DNA of 64,000 nucleotides from NCBI GenBank assembly GCA_049598575.1, contig JBMYNT010000003.1, forward strand, positions 1,155-65,154, written 5' to 3'. Of this stretch, positions 19,407-28,058 are shown piece by piece. The notes under the pieces were generated by a model. The model did no database searches. It worked only from the letters and a program-made list of their open reading frames with translations, and was not told the DNA's origin. Position 1 is the first letter of the stretch; each line of letters opens with the position of its first letter. The translations under genes and the position numbers were made by a program. Origin of the DNA: Candidatus Poseidoniaceae archaeon (lineage in GTDB: Archaea; Thermoplasmatota; Poseidoniia; Poseidoniales; Poseidoniaceae).

Positions 19407-19474
19407 ATCCCGGGGTTCTGAACCTCCGACGAGTTCAAATGAGTCCGTCTCTACCTAACTACAGGTTGAGTAGT

Positions 19475-20209
19475 ATGGACGAACTTGAGCGCTCGTTAAT
19501 GTTGCTTCAAAATAAGACACGTCGATCGATTCTTGAACGACTGGTTCGAGAACCGCATTACCCAATGCAGCTGGCTGATTTGATCGGGGTTAGCCAACAG
19601 GCGATTGTCAAACATCTCAAGGAGTTGGAGCGAGGTAATCTTGTTGAAAAAATGAAAGTTCCGAGTGAGAAAGGTGGCCCACCACGAACCATCTTCAGGG
19701 TGTGTGAAGCATTCTCACTTCGAGTCGATCTAGGCCCTGATCTTTTCAAAATTGAACGAAGAAAACTCCCTTCTGGAGGACCTTTACGACTTAGTTCCCG
19801 ATTACCAGGAGGAGCCCAAACCATTGCTGAAATGGTAAGTGGACGAAAGAAGATCAGCGTCACAGAAGGCGTCGTTCATCTTGAACAATTGAATGAACAA
19901 CTCGAACAATTGGATCGGCAACGGGACGCTCTCATTGCCTTACATCAGCAAATACGGGGACGTGTCTCTGCCGCAGTCGATACCGACTTCGAAGACTACT
20001 CACAGCGAACCATGGTTCACGCATTGATCGAAACTCCTCGCGTCAAACCGGACCTCGGATTGATGGCGAAAGAACTCAACCTTAGTGAGAGCGATATCTC
20101 TGCAGTCATGTCACGCGTGCGCGAACTTGTTGAACAACAGCGCTCAGACCGTTCAGGCGAAGTTGTCGCCGTTGACGACAATCCTGGTCTTCGCTGGTGG
20201 CTTGGCTGA
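19475..20209 (+). CDS. Winged-helix (ArsR/TrmB-like) transcriptional regulator with C-terminal coiled-coil
   Basis: HTH region RRSILERLVREPHYPMQLADLIGVSQQAIVKHLKELERGNLV, then a coiled-coil segment (LEQLNEQLEQLDRQRDALIALHQQ). Start set at MDELERS; the ORF computed from 19403 overlaps the previous gene. Confidence 0.5.
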   Translation: MDELERSLMLLQNKTRRSILERLVREPHYPMQLADLIGVSQQAIVKHLKELERGNLVEKMKVPSEKGGPPRTIFRVCEAFSLRVDLGPDLFKIERRKLPSGGPLRLSSRLPGGAQTIAEMVSGRKKISVTEGVVHLEQLNEQLEQLDRQRDALIALHQQIRGRVSAAVDTDFEDYSQRTMVHALIETPRVKPDLGLMAKELNLSESDISAVMSRVRELVEQQRSDRSGEVVAVDDNPGLRWWLG

Positions 20210-20214
20210 TTTGA

Positions 20215-23200
20215 TCAGTTGTCTGCTTCATCACCAAGGACAGACATCAAGGACGATTGCTCAGCAATACGGTCCTTGACGGCTGCACGTCGGCCTCGTC
20301 CTACAAGGTAGAGGACGCCGAAGAGTGAGAAGGTCAAGAGAACGATCAAACTCGGAAGTGCGACCTTTCCTGCGACTTCACCAGCAACATCCAAGAATGG
20401 GTTTGAGGAGCCGAGTTCTTGGGAGATTCGAACAACGTTGTCACCTTCATTTGCTTCAACAATCGTGTTGCCTGGGTCAACAACAACGTAGACGTTCTTA
20501 CTACCTGCAGTAACTGGGTAAAGCATGTACAGCTCGATAACACGCTCATCTTGTGAATCGTCTGGCTTGTCCAATGCACCAATGATTTGGCGCATAACGA
20601 TGCTGTCCTCGTCGCACATGTTGTCGTTCTTACGAATCTCGGTCATCATGTCGTCATCGTCGTATTCACAGAGAATCACTTCAATATCTGAAGCATGGAC
20701 GTTACCAGTGTTGGCAATCTCGATACGAATCGGGATGGATTCACCAACGTCGGCCGATGTAGAATCGACAGAGGCTGATCGCACAACAAGGTCTGGTGCG
20801 CGTAGATTGATGGTTACAATCTTCTCGTTGGAATCCAACAAGTCTCCAACCCACGATGATGAATCATCATGGTCTCCACCTTGCTCAGCGTTACCCATCA
20901 TTGAGACAACTTTCAGACCAAGACTTCGGGTCGTGAGTTGTGCACCTGGGTCGATGGCTACGATAGCGACCATCGTGTAGGTTTCGTATGGAGCCATTTC
21001 TGGGAGGCGCCACGAATCAATATCCGTGAGATAGACACAACTGTCCTCTGGGAAGGATGCCGCGGTCGAGGTGGTCGCAACACAGTCTTCCTCGCTTTCA
21101 AGATCGAGTCCTACTTGTCGGATGATCTTCCACGAAACATCCCATCCGTCGAGCGTACCCATGCCTGGGAACTCTTGGACGGTGATATCGGTACCAGAGC
21201 GGTCGGAAGTGTGGTTGTCGAGCGTTGGTACGTCAGGGACGTTTCCAGCGTTCGTGACATTGACAATAAATCGTACAACACGACCAGGAGCAGAGGTCTT
21301 GACATCGTTCTCAACGGTTGGATCCATTGAAATTTGCATGTCGTAGAACTCACGTACAGTGACAGTGAGCGTTGTAACATCTCGCAAACGTGTCATACGA
21401 CCTGCTGCGTCCTCGTCCTTCTGTTCGGACTTTGTGTGGAAGACAACGGTGTAGTCTCCAGCAGGTACTTGCTGAGGGATGTTCATGAGAACGTCGAAAG
21501 ATTGCGATGAGCCCGCATCGAGTTCTTCCAATGTGCTGCGTGGAACAGTGATGTCCCAGATAACGTCGACACCTGCCTCGTCGGTAACACGGGCAAGGGT
21601 GTAGTCAAAACGATCTGGTCCGTTACCGTTGTTGTTCACGGTTGTCGGGAGGATAATCGAGTCGCCTGGATTGACGGTGAGTGCCTCGTTATCAACAAGG
21701 GAAACATCGGTTGACAAACGGTAGACGTGGTCGACATCGACTTGCAGAATCTTCGCTGCTGAAATCTTCGGGTATCCTTTCAGATGAGCCTTGATGGTCA
21801 CTGCCTTTCCGAGTCCAGCTGGAGCGTCGTCAGGAGCACAGATTTTCACCTTAACCACGTGCATGCGGAAGTCATCACCAGACATGAGGACCCACGGATA
21901 GGAGACACCGTCTGGGTTCAACGTCAGTCCGTTCGGGAAGATGACTTCTGTTGTCCAATTGTCATCGTTTTCAGTGGTTCCAGGGGTTGTGAAGACAAGA
22001 TCACCTGTATCGAAGTATTTCTCAACCTCGATTTCAAAGACGTGGCAATTCGGGTCCAAGGCATTCGGCGCATAAGGAGCCGGCGTTACGATGGCTTCCT
22101 GATCGGTGATGTTGAACACGATGTTGTTCGAGGAACGAATCGAAACGAAGACACCGAGTTCTAGGATGTCGTAGGTTCCCTTCTCAACGGACTTGACAGG
22201 CTCGCCTGCTGACCATCCCTTGAGCAGAATGACGAACGCACCAGGGTCTTCGGACGTAGGTACGCTAATTTCGAGGTTCTTGGTGACCGTCTGCTTTGGA
22301 TCGAGTTGGACACTCAGTGGGAAGTTCACGTCCCACGCAAACGGAAGCAACCATTCTTGACGCCCCTCAAGGGTTTGAGGATCCCAGAACAGGAACGTAT
22401 CTGCTACGTTGCCTGTGTTGGTAATCGTGATCGAGAAGATGGCCGTTTGGCCCTGTTCCACATCAGCGACGCTGTGCGATGCATCCAAATCAATTCCGTG
22501 AACTACGTCCATGAGGGTGAGCGTTGTGATTTCTGAGCGGATAGCCGGATCCTTGTAGGACTTGGCATCGACGCGAATCTCTGCGAGTTCGTCGGCGTTT
22601 GCCTGGTAAATCGATGGCGCTCGGACACGGAGATAGAACCGAATCGATTCTCCACCTTCGAGGAAAATTTCAGTGTCAGGGAAGATAGCAGTGTGATTAT
22701 CGGCGAAGAACAACGTTGCCGTCCAGTTTGTTGGAACACCGGTAATGTTGAGTCCGTAGGAGTCAGCTACCAGATCTTTCGGCCCTGGCGTGGAGTTGTT
22801 CATGGTGAGATTGTAGATGGTTTGTTCACCAGGTTCAATCACATGGTAGAACGTCTCTCCATCGTCAAATTCAACATCAACTTGTCCGGTTAAGACGTGT
22901 GAGTAACAAATCGTAAACCGGTTGTTGTTGGTTTCATCGTTGCACTTGTTGGTATCCGACCATGCCACGTGCGCACCGCTTCCTAGATCATTCGAGAACG
23001 CTGGAGGCATACCGATGCTCGGTTTGTAACCAGAGTTTGGCCCAAGTTTGTTCGAAGACCATGAAGTGATAGCAACGGTTTCCCAAGGATCGAGTGCTGT
23101 GAGTCCATCGCCTTCGAGAGAGGTATGGTTCAATCGCACGTACAGAAGTTCTTCTCCAGCAGACGTGTTTCCAGAGTCAACCCATGCGATGTGGACTTGA

Positions 23201-25224
23201 TTCTGGTCATCCGTGAGGAGAGATGGGAAGACGGAATTACCGCCCCATGGTGCATTCTGCGGCAGTCCAGCGTTGGTTTCAACGTTGGAAATCGGTGTAT
23301 CGTTGATCTTCTTGATGGCGTATGTGGAGAGACCATCATCGCGACCGTCAAATTCTCCAGCACCCTGAAGTCGGAGTTTGGTGTAGTAAATCTCGTAGTT
23401 GACGTCCTTTTCGAAACCGTAGTCACGTCCATCCATCCATGCAATGTGCGTGTTGCCTTCCATGTCAACACCAATCGATGGGTGGAACGAGTAAGCGTCA
23501 TCAATCGTGACACGCGTGTCATTGACAACAACGAGGTGGCCCTCGGAGCCTTTTCCGGTGTCTTCTCTGTAACCGCCGTTCTGAGCAACAGTTCCGGAGA
23601 CACCAGGCGTCCAGCTTGGGTCGTTGTTCATCTTGCCATATGGGTCGAGAACGGACATGTAGATCTCACGTGAGTTGTTGGTGGAGATGTAAACCATTGC
23701 TTCCACAAGGAGCGACATTTGGCTTGCGCCGCCGCTTCCGGATGGGAATTCGTAGACTTGTCCACCTGCGTCTGTTGAGCGGATGGTATTACCTGGGCAG
23801 TTTCGAGCAGCTGTGCTTTGGACACCGTTTGGGCACTGGGCCAAGTCCTTGAAGTGAGATTGAACACTTGTAGCACCGCCGTAGGTTTGTCCGTACATTC
23901 CGACTGGAACGACACCAGCGTTGACACAGTTGTCGTGCGCTTCCTCAATGGAGGTCGTGTCGTCCGCTTGCTGTGCAGGGTCACCGTCCTTTGGCCCCTC
24001 ATCGGAAATTGGGATGGCGATCTTGGTTGCGTTCGGGTTCCACTTGTGATCGTCTTGTGTCGGGGGGTTTCCTGGAACGTTGCCCTGTGCATCCTTCCAA
24101 GAGAGACATGCCCAGTTGGTTCCTGGGCCCCAGTCCTCACCAGAGTATCCAGAGTACGTGTTACCGTTGTAAACGGTTCCTGGGAGCTTACGGATACCAC
24201 CAGAGTCGTCTCCTGGAGTGATACCGAGGGCTGTTGAACGAGGTCCGGCGTTCTTGTTGTGTGTTGCACAGTTACCACTGCTTGCAGCACCTGGGAGTGT
24301 GTTTCCAAGACCATAAATGGTCTCGTAAACCGTCATGTTTCCTTCTTGGAGCATTGGCTTGAGACCTTGGAAGTAGCCACCTGCAGCGAAGTTTCCGCCG
24401 TAAATGACCGTACAAACGTCGGCCCACTCAGAGTACATCGATCCAGATGTGTCGACGAGGAAGACGAGCTCGACCTTTCCACCACGAGTGTCGTCCCAAG
24501 CGATTTGGACGAGGTCATTTGAATCGACAACAATGTCTGGGTGACCCTTGTGCCCGATGATTGGTGTCAAGAGTGTATCTTCGAAGAGTGTGAGGACGGT
24601 TCCACCACTGAACTCAGGTTGAATCATGGAGTAATAGATTTGAGGTTGGTTGAAGAATTGCTGCAACTCATCGTAGGAATCTTGCCAAGCGATGTGGAGG
24701 TTGCCTTGGCTGTCAACATCAATGGATGGCCAGTCACGGTCTTGTGCGCGCATGGAGATGATGGTATCATCGATAACGGAGATTGCAGTATCCTCTGCAG
24801 CCATTCCATCGAGTGGTGCAAGGTACGGGTTGATCGAGGTGTACATGATCTTGTGTTGACCGGACTTGTCCGCCCAAACCAAGTGGATTCTGTCGTTGTC
24901 GTCGATAACCATGTCTGGGTGCCAGACCTTGTGGAGTCCTGGATTGGTGATTTGCGTCGCATCAATCAGGGTCTCACCACGTGGAGAAAGCATGGAATAG
25001 TACAGGTGTTGTGTGTTCCTTGCCCAGACGATGTGAACGTTTCCTTCACTATCTGATGCAACTGCGGCTTGGTTGTCGGATGCTGTTCCACCGTCAACAA
25101 TTCGAACGGCTTCAGTAATGACGACTTGAGAGGCTTCGGCTTGCTCAGTTCCAATCACCATTCCAGAGAACAGAGACAGAAGAAAAAGGCTAACGAGGGT
25201 AATCGATTTGGTTGTTTGACGCAT
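20215..25224 (-). CDS. Giant secreted/anchored adhesin-like protein: beta-propeller-like repeats + VWA (MIDAS) domain + CARDB-like domains + C-terminal TM anchor
   Basis: Signal peptide (start at MRQTTKSITLVSLFLLSLFSGMVIG). Seven or more copies of a roughly 40-aa blade motif '…D..GN.HIaW.D…….iYYs' (e.g. NVHIVWARNTQHLYYSM, RIHLVWADKSGQHKIMYTSI, NLHIAWQDSYD…QIYYSMI, NTHIAWMDGRD…EIYYTKL). VWA domain with MIDAS LVFLVDTSGSMYSEW. Several N[VIA]TN[AT]GN (CARDB-like) motifs: VNVTNAGNVPD, ITNTGNVADT, IANTGNVHASD. C-terminal TM LPSLIVLLTFSLFGVLYLV followed by a basic tail. Confidence 0.7.
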   Translation of the reverse strand: MRQTTKSITLVSLFLLSLFSGMVIGTEQAEASQVVITEAVRIVDGGTASDNQAAVASDSEGNVHIVWARNTQHLYYSMLSPRGETLIDATQITNPGLHKVWHPDMVIDDNDRIHLVWADKSGQHKIMYTSINPYLAPLDGMAAEDTAISVIDDTIISMRAQDRDWPSIDVDSQGNLHIAWQDSYDELQQFFNQPQIYYSMIQPEFSGGTVLTLFEDTLLTPIIGHKGHPDIVVDSNDLVQIAWDDTRGGKVELVFLVDTSGSMYSEWADVCTVIYGGNFAAGGYFQGLKPMLQEGNMTVYETIYGLGNTLPGAASSGNCATHNKNAGPRSTALGITPGDDSGGIRKLPGTVYNGNTYSGYSGEDWGPGTNWACLSWKDAQGNVPGNPPTQDDHKWNPNATKIAIPISDEGPKDGDPAQQADDTTSIEEAHDNCVNAGVVPVGMYGQTYGGATSVQSHFKDLAQCPNGVQSTAARNCPGNTIRSTDAGGQVYEFPSGSGGASQMSLLVEAMVYISTNNSREIYMSVLDPYGKMNNDPSWTPGVSGTVAQNGGYREDTGKGSEGHLVVVNDTRVTIDDAYSFHPSIGVDMEGNTHIAWMDGRDYGFEKDVNYEIYYTKLRLQGAGEFDGRDDGLSTYAIKKINDTPISNVETNAGLPQNAPWGGNSVFPSLLTDDQNQVHIAWVDSGNTSAGEELLYVRLNHTSLEGDGLTALDPWETVAITSWSSNKLGPNSGYKPSIGMPPAFSNDLGSGAHVAWSDTNKCNDETNNNRFTICYSHVLTGQVDVEFDDGETFYHVIEPGEQTIYNLTMNNSTPGPKDLVADSYGLNITGVPTNWTATLFFADNHTAIFPDTEIFLEGGESIRFYLRVRAPSIYQANADELAEIRVDAKSYKDPAIRSEITTLTLMDVVHGIDLDASHSVADVEQGQTAIFSITITNTGNVADTFLFWDPQTLEGRQEWLLPFAWDVNFPLSVQLDPKQTVTKNLEISVPTSEDPGAFVILLKGWSAGEPVKSVEKGTYDILELGVFVSIRSSNNIVFNITDQEAIVTPAPYAPNALDPNCHVFEIEVEKYFDTGDLVFTTPGTTENDDNWTTEVIFPNGLTLNPDGVSYPWVLMSGDDFRMHVVKVKICAPDDAPAGLGKAVTIKAHLKGYPKISAAKILQVDVDHVYRLSTDVSLVDNEALTVNPGDSIILPTTVNNNGNGPDRFDYTLARVTDEAGVDVIWDITVPRSTLEELDAGSSQSFDVLMNIPQQVPAGDYTVVFHTKSEQKDEDAAGRMTRLRDVTTLTVTVREFYDMQISMDPTVENDVKTSAPGRVVRFIVNVTNAGNVPDVPTLDNHTSDRSGTDITVQEFPGMGTLDGWDVSWKIIRQVGLDLESEEDCVATTSTAASFPEDSCVYLTDIDSWRLPEMAPYETYTMVAIVAIDPGAQLTTRSLGLKVVSMMGNAEQGGDHDDSSSWVGDLLDSNEKIVTINLRAPDLVVRSASVDSTSADVGESIPIRIEIANTGNVHASDIEVILCEYDDDDMMTEIRKNDNMCDEDSIVMRQIIGALDKPDDSQDERVIELYMLYPVTAGSKNVYVVVDPGNTIVEANEGDNVVRISQELGSSNPFLDVAGEVAGKVALPSLIVLLTFSLFGVLYLVGRGRRAAVKDRIAEQSSLMSVLGDEADN

Positions 25225-25313
25225 AGGAACACCTGTGTGTCTATAAGCAACCTTCACCACTACTTAACCGCGACCCTTACGCGTCAGAAATCAAAGGGGG
25301 CGAAATGTGTTAT

Positions 25314-25940
25314 TCAAGCCCATTCATCCGGATCCAATCCAGTGCCGAAAGGCATCATATCGTTGTACTCGATTTGAGCAGGTTCTGGTGCACTTTCTTC
25401 GGGTTGCTTACGCTTCTTTTGTTCTGTCCAATCGTCAACAGGACCCGGCTCTCCTTTCCCTGGACCATATGCGAATTTGATCTCATGAATCATGCTTAAT
25501 TTGGCAAGCCAAAGACGGCGCAGGCTATGCATGAGAGCATTTTTGTTGAGGCCATCATGCCATATTGGCAAACTCACATTGAATGCTTGAAGAGGTCCCG
25601 GTTTTTCTTTGCCTACGTGACCCATGTGGATGCCCCAGTCGAGGTCTGCACGCATAAGCGAGAGGCGGCACTCGTGCACCCACTCTGACCAGACCTCTGG
25701 CTCTTCGTTCATGTGCTCCTTCATCTGTTCTTGTTGACCCAAATCTACTCGCGTCATGCTCGAAACGAAAACGAGGTCTCTTCCTTTTGGTAGGACGACG
25801 GCGAACATGTGGCCTTGAGGGCCTGGAGGGTAACGAACGAGAAAGTGTGCATCCGCCCGGGGGTCGTTCTTATCTCGAATTTCGAGACGTTCGCTTGCAA
25901 GCCACTGACGGATTTGCTGGACGTGTCCGGAATCGACCAT
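25314..25940 (-). CDS. Conserved hypothetical cytoplasmic protein, immediately upstream of the giant adhesin gene
   Basis: 208 aa with an acidic C-terminal tail and no TM. Lies 53 nt upstream of the 20215..25224 gene on the same strand. No motif I can name with confidence. Confidence 0.4.
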   Translation of the reverse strand: MVDSGHVQQIRQWLASERLEIRDKNDPRADAHFLVRYPPGPQGHMFAVVLPKGRDLVFVSSMTRVDLGQQEQMKEHMNEEPEVWSEWVHECRLSLMRADLDWGIHMGHVGKEKPGPLQAFNVSLPIWHDGLNKNALMHSLRRLWLAKLSMIHEIKFAYGPGKGEPGPVDDWTEQKKRKQPEESAPEPAQIEYNDMMPFGTGLDPDEWA

Positions 25941-25970
25941 GATGAACCGGAGTGTTTGGGTGTTTTGAAC

Positions 25971-27596
25971 TCAACGCTCGTGGGAGCTTTGGAGTTCTCC
26001 TTTCAAATTCTTCAACTTCTCTTCGAGCGTCTGTTTGTATGTACTGCTCACAAAGATTCGTGCGAACGCTCTTCGGGCATCGACGTATCCGTCCCACCAA
26101 AATCCAAACATCCTACCTGATGCCCAAAAGAGCGGAATCATGGAAACATAAAGAAGGACGAATGCTCCGACGTAATGCATCGATTCATCCCCAAACAATG
26201 TTCGAACATCGAGCGATGTGAGTGCACTGATATCACCCGAGTTTAACCACAGTATCCCAGCGCCAACGAAGGCCATGAATGGCCAAAGGATGACGGAACC
26301 AAACATGGCTGCAAGGAATTGGTAGGTCGTTCGAGCATCGACGCCTTCATCGGTTCGATCGCCTAAAAATCGACCAAGAGCCAACTGAGGCGAGAGCGAG
26401 AGAAGGAATGCTGGCAGCAGCACCGCCATGAGTGCCGTTTTGACCCCAAACCCAATTCCGCGTAGTGGGTTGCCAGTCCGCAATCGTTCACCCTTTGCAT
26501 CCAAATCCCGGCCATCAAGCCCGCGTTCTTCAAGTTGCAAATGTACGTCCTTGGCCATATCGACAATTGGATGATGAACGGGGGCAGGGTCTCCATCTTC
26601 GCCTTCAGGTTCAGTTTGGTACCTGTCACGTACTTGGCGTGCGGCAAGAACTTCTTTTCGCCATGTATCGAGGGGTTGTTTCTTCATCCGAGATTCAAGT
26701 TGTGCTACGAGGTGGTATGCTCCATGTTCGTCCCAACTCGAAACGTTTGGTGTGATTGGTGAGAGGTGTGGCCGCAGTCCATCTCGAAGAGAGCGGACAA
26801 GATCACCCGGCGGCTCAACCCATTCCCTCTTCTGAACTGCTTCGATGAGATCCTCGGGGATGTCATCCTCTGGGAGATAATGCGGTTCCCCAAATTCAAC
26901 CCACATGTCGGTGCGATAGTGATGACGGACCCGGAAGTGCAAACCTACGGGCTGCATGACAGGACATTTCTTCCCTGAGCCTTTTGCAATGGCAGCTGCA
27001 GCAAGGACAGTGCGCATCGGCCCGGTTCGAAAGCGCATCATATGTGCTAAGTCGTGGCTCGTTCCTTCAGGGAACAAGACGCATCCAAAGCCACTTGCAA
27101 TACCGGTTGCGAGTGTAAGCAGGGAGCGGCCGTTGAGATTCGTAGCTTCTTCTTCGCTGCAACCACCACGGAGCAACTCTGCTTTGCGGACCACTGGCTG
27201 TACCGCCAATCGTCGAGTCCAAAACGAAAGTACGGGACGCGTGACCAAATCATGACGTCCACCCATGACGAACTCTTTTGGATGTGCCAGCATAATACCA
27301 AGAGGATCGATGAGCCCGTTTGTGTGCCACGCTGCACAAAGTGAGCCTCGGTCTGTTGGTATGTTTTCCATGCCCGAATATTCAATCGTTCGAAATTGAT
27401 TCGCAGCAGTGCGTCGGCAAAGGAAGAAAGCAAATTTGGTCCAAAAAGGGCTTCCTGGAGTTTCTTTATCGAACGAGGGCATCGGCGTGTTGAGGAGTTT
27501 TTCCATCTTCATGTTCGCCGAGGACTTCGACAGAACGGGAAGCGCTTCTCCTCGATGATCAACAACGCCATCAAATGGTGCAACGCCTTTGGCCAC
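25971..27596 (-). CDS. Lysophospholipid/glycerol-phosphate acyltransferase (LPLAT/PlsC-like) superfamily membrane protein
   Basis: Acyltransferase block I-like AAWHTNGLIDP and block III FPEGTSHD (FPEGTR-like). Hydrophobic C-terminal half with several TM segments. Alternative start at MKMEKLL (27512). Confidence 0.55.
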   Translation of the reverse strand: MAKGVAPFDGVVDHRGEALPVLSKSSANMKMEKLLNTPMPSFDKETPGSPFWTKFAFFLCRRTAANQFRTIEYSGMENIPTDRGSLCAAWHTNGLIDPLGIMLAHPKEFVMGGRHDLVTRPVLSFWTRRLAVQPVVRKAELLRGGCSEEEATNLNGRSLLTLATGIASGFGCVLFPEGTSHDLAHMMRFRTGPMRTVLAAAAIAKGSGKKCPVMQPVGLHFRVRHHYRTDMWVEFGEPHYLPEDDIPEDLIEAVQKREWVEPPGDLVRSLRDGLRPHLSPITPNVSSWDEHGAYHLVAQLESRMKKQPLDTWRKEVLAARQVRDRYQTEPEGEDGDPAPVHHPIVDMAKDVHLQLEERGLDGRDLDAKGERLRTGNPLRGIGFGVKTALMAVLLPAFLLSLSPQLALGRFLGDRTDEGVDARTTYQFLAAMFGSVILWPFMAFVGAGILWLNSGDISALTSLDVRTLFGDESMHYVGAFVLLYVSMIPLFWASGRMFGFWWDGYVDARRAFARIFVSSTYKQTLEEKLKNLKGELQSSHER

Positions 27597-27598
27597 AT

Positions 27599-28030
27599 TC
27601 AGGCCCCCATCGTAATGTCAGTGGCAAGCGAAGCCAACGCTTGGTGGTCTGGATCATGAGGCGGATTGGACGGCCACATCGCAGCGAGTGTTGACCCACT
27701 ATCGCCTTCCGTCCTTGGAAGAACGTGTACGTGGACATGTGGAACTTCTTGTCCGGCAAGAGGGCCATCGTGGATAAGGATGGTGAAATCCGTTGTTCCA
27801 AAGTAGTTAGAGAGTCGAGTTTGAACCTCAACAACGCCTGACATCAATTGTGACCGCTCACGCTCATCAAGTTGAGCAAGTCGTTGGACTGGTGTTGTTG
27901 GAATGACCAGTGTGTGGCCTTCTCTTCTTGGAAAGATATCGAGGAAAGCGTACCACCCTTCACCTTCTCCAATCTTGTGCGAGGGAATCTCTCCTGACAG
28001 AATGCGTTCAAACAACGTTGGTTCTGCCAT
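27599..28030 (-). CDS. HIT-family (histidine triad) nucleotide hydrolase
   Basis: Histidine triad HVHVHVLPR preceded by TLVIPT…; about 140 aa from the internal start MAEPTLFERIL. The N-terminal 48 codons of the ORF are not conserved. Confidence 0.8.
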   Translation of the reverse strand: MAEPTLFERILSGEIPSHKIGEGEGWYAFLDIFPRREGHTLVIPTTPVQRLAQLDERERSQLMSGVVEVQTRLSNYFGTTDFTILIHDGPLAGQEVPHVHVHVLPRTEGDSGSTLAAMWPSNPPHDPDHQALASLATDITMGA

Positions 28031-28058
28031 GGTTGGGCGAAGCAGCCCGAACAAATAA

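Noticed and set aside
23125-24314. ORFs 23125..23673 (+), 23628..24314 (-), 23818..24237 (+) and others inside the giant adhesin gene
   Set aside because: They are embedded in or antisense to the 5 kb adhesin CDS, and have no motifs. A long CDS in an acidic proteome routinely yields antisense open frames.
25314-25940. Assigning the 208-aa protein upstream of the adhesin to a specific DUF or chaperone role
   Set aside because: I could not anchor any motif confidently, so it is left as a conserved hypothetical rather than naming a family from memory.
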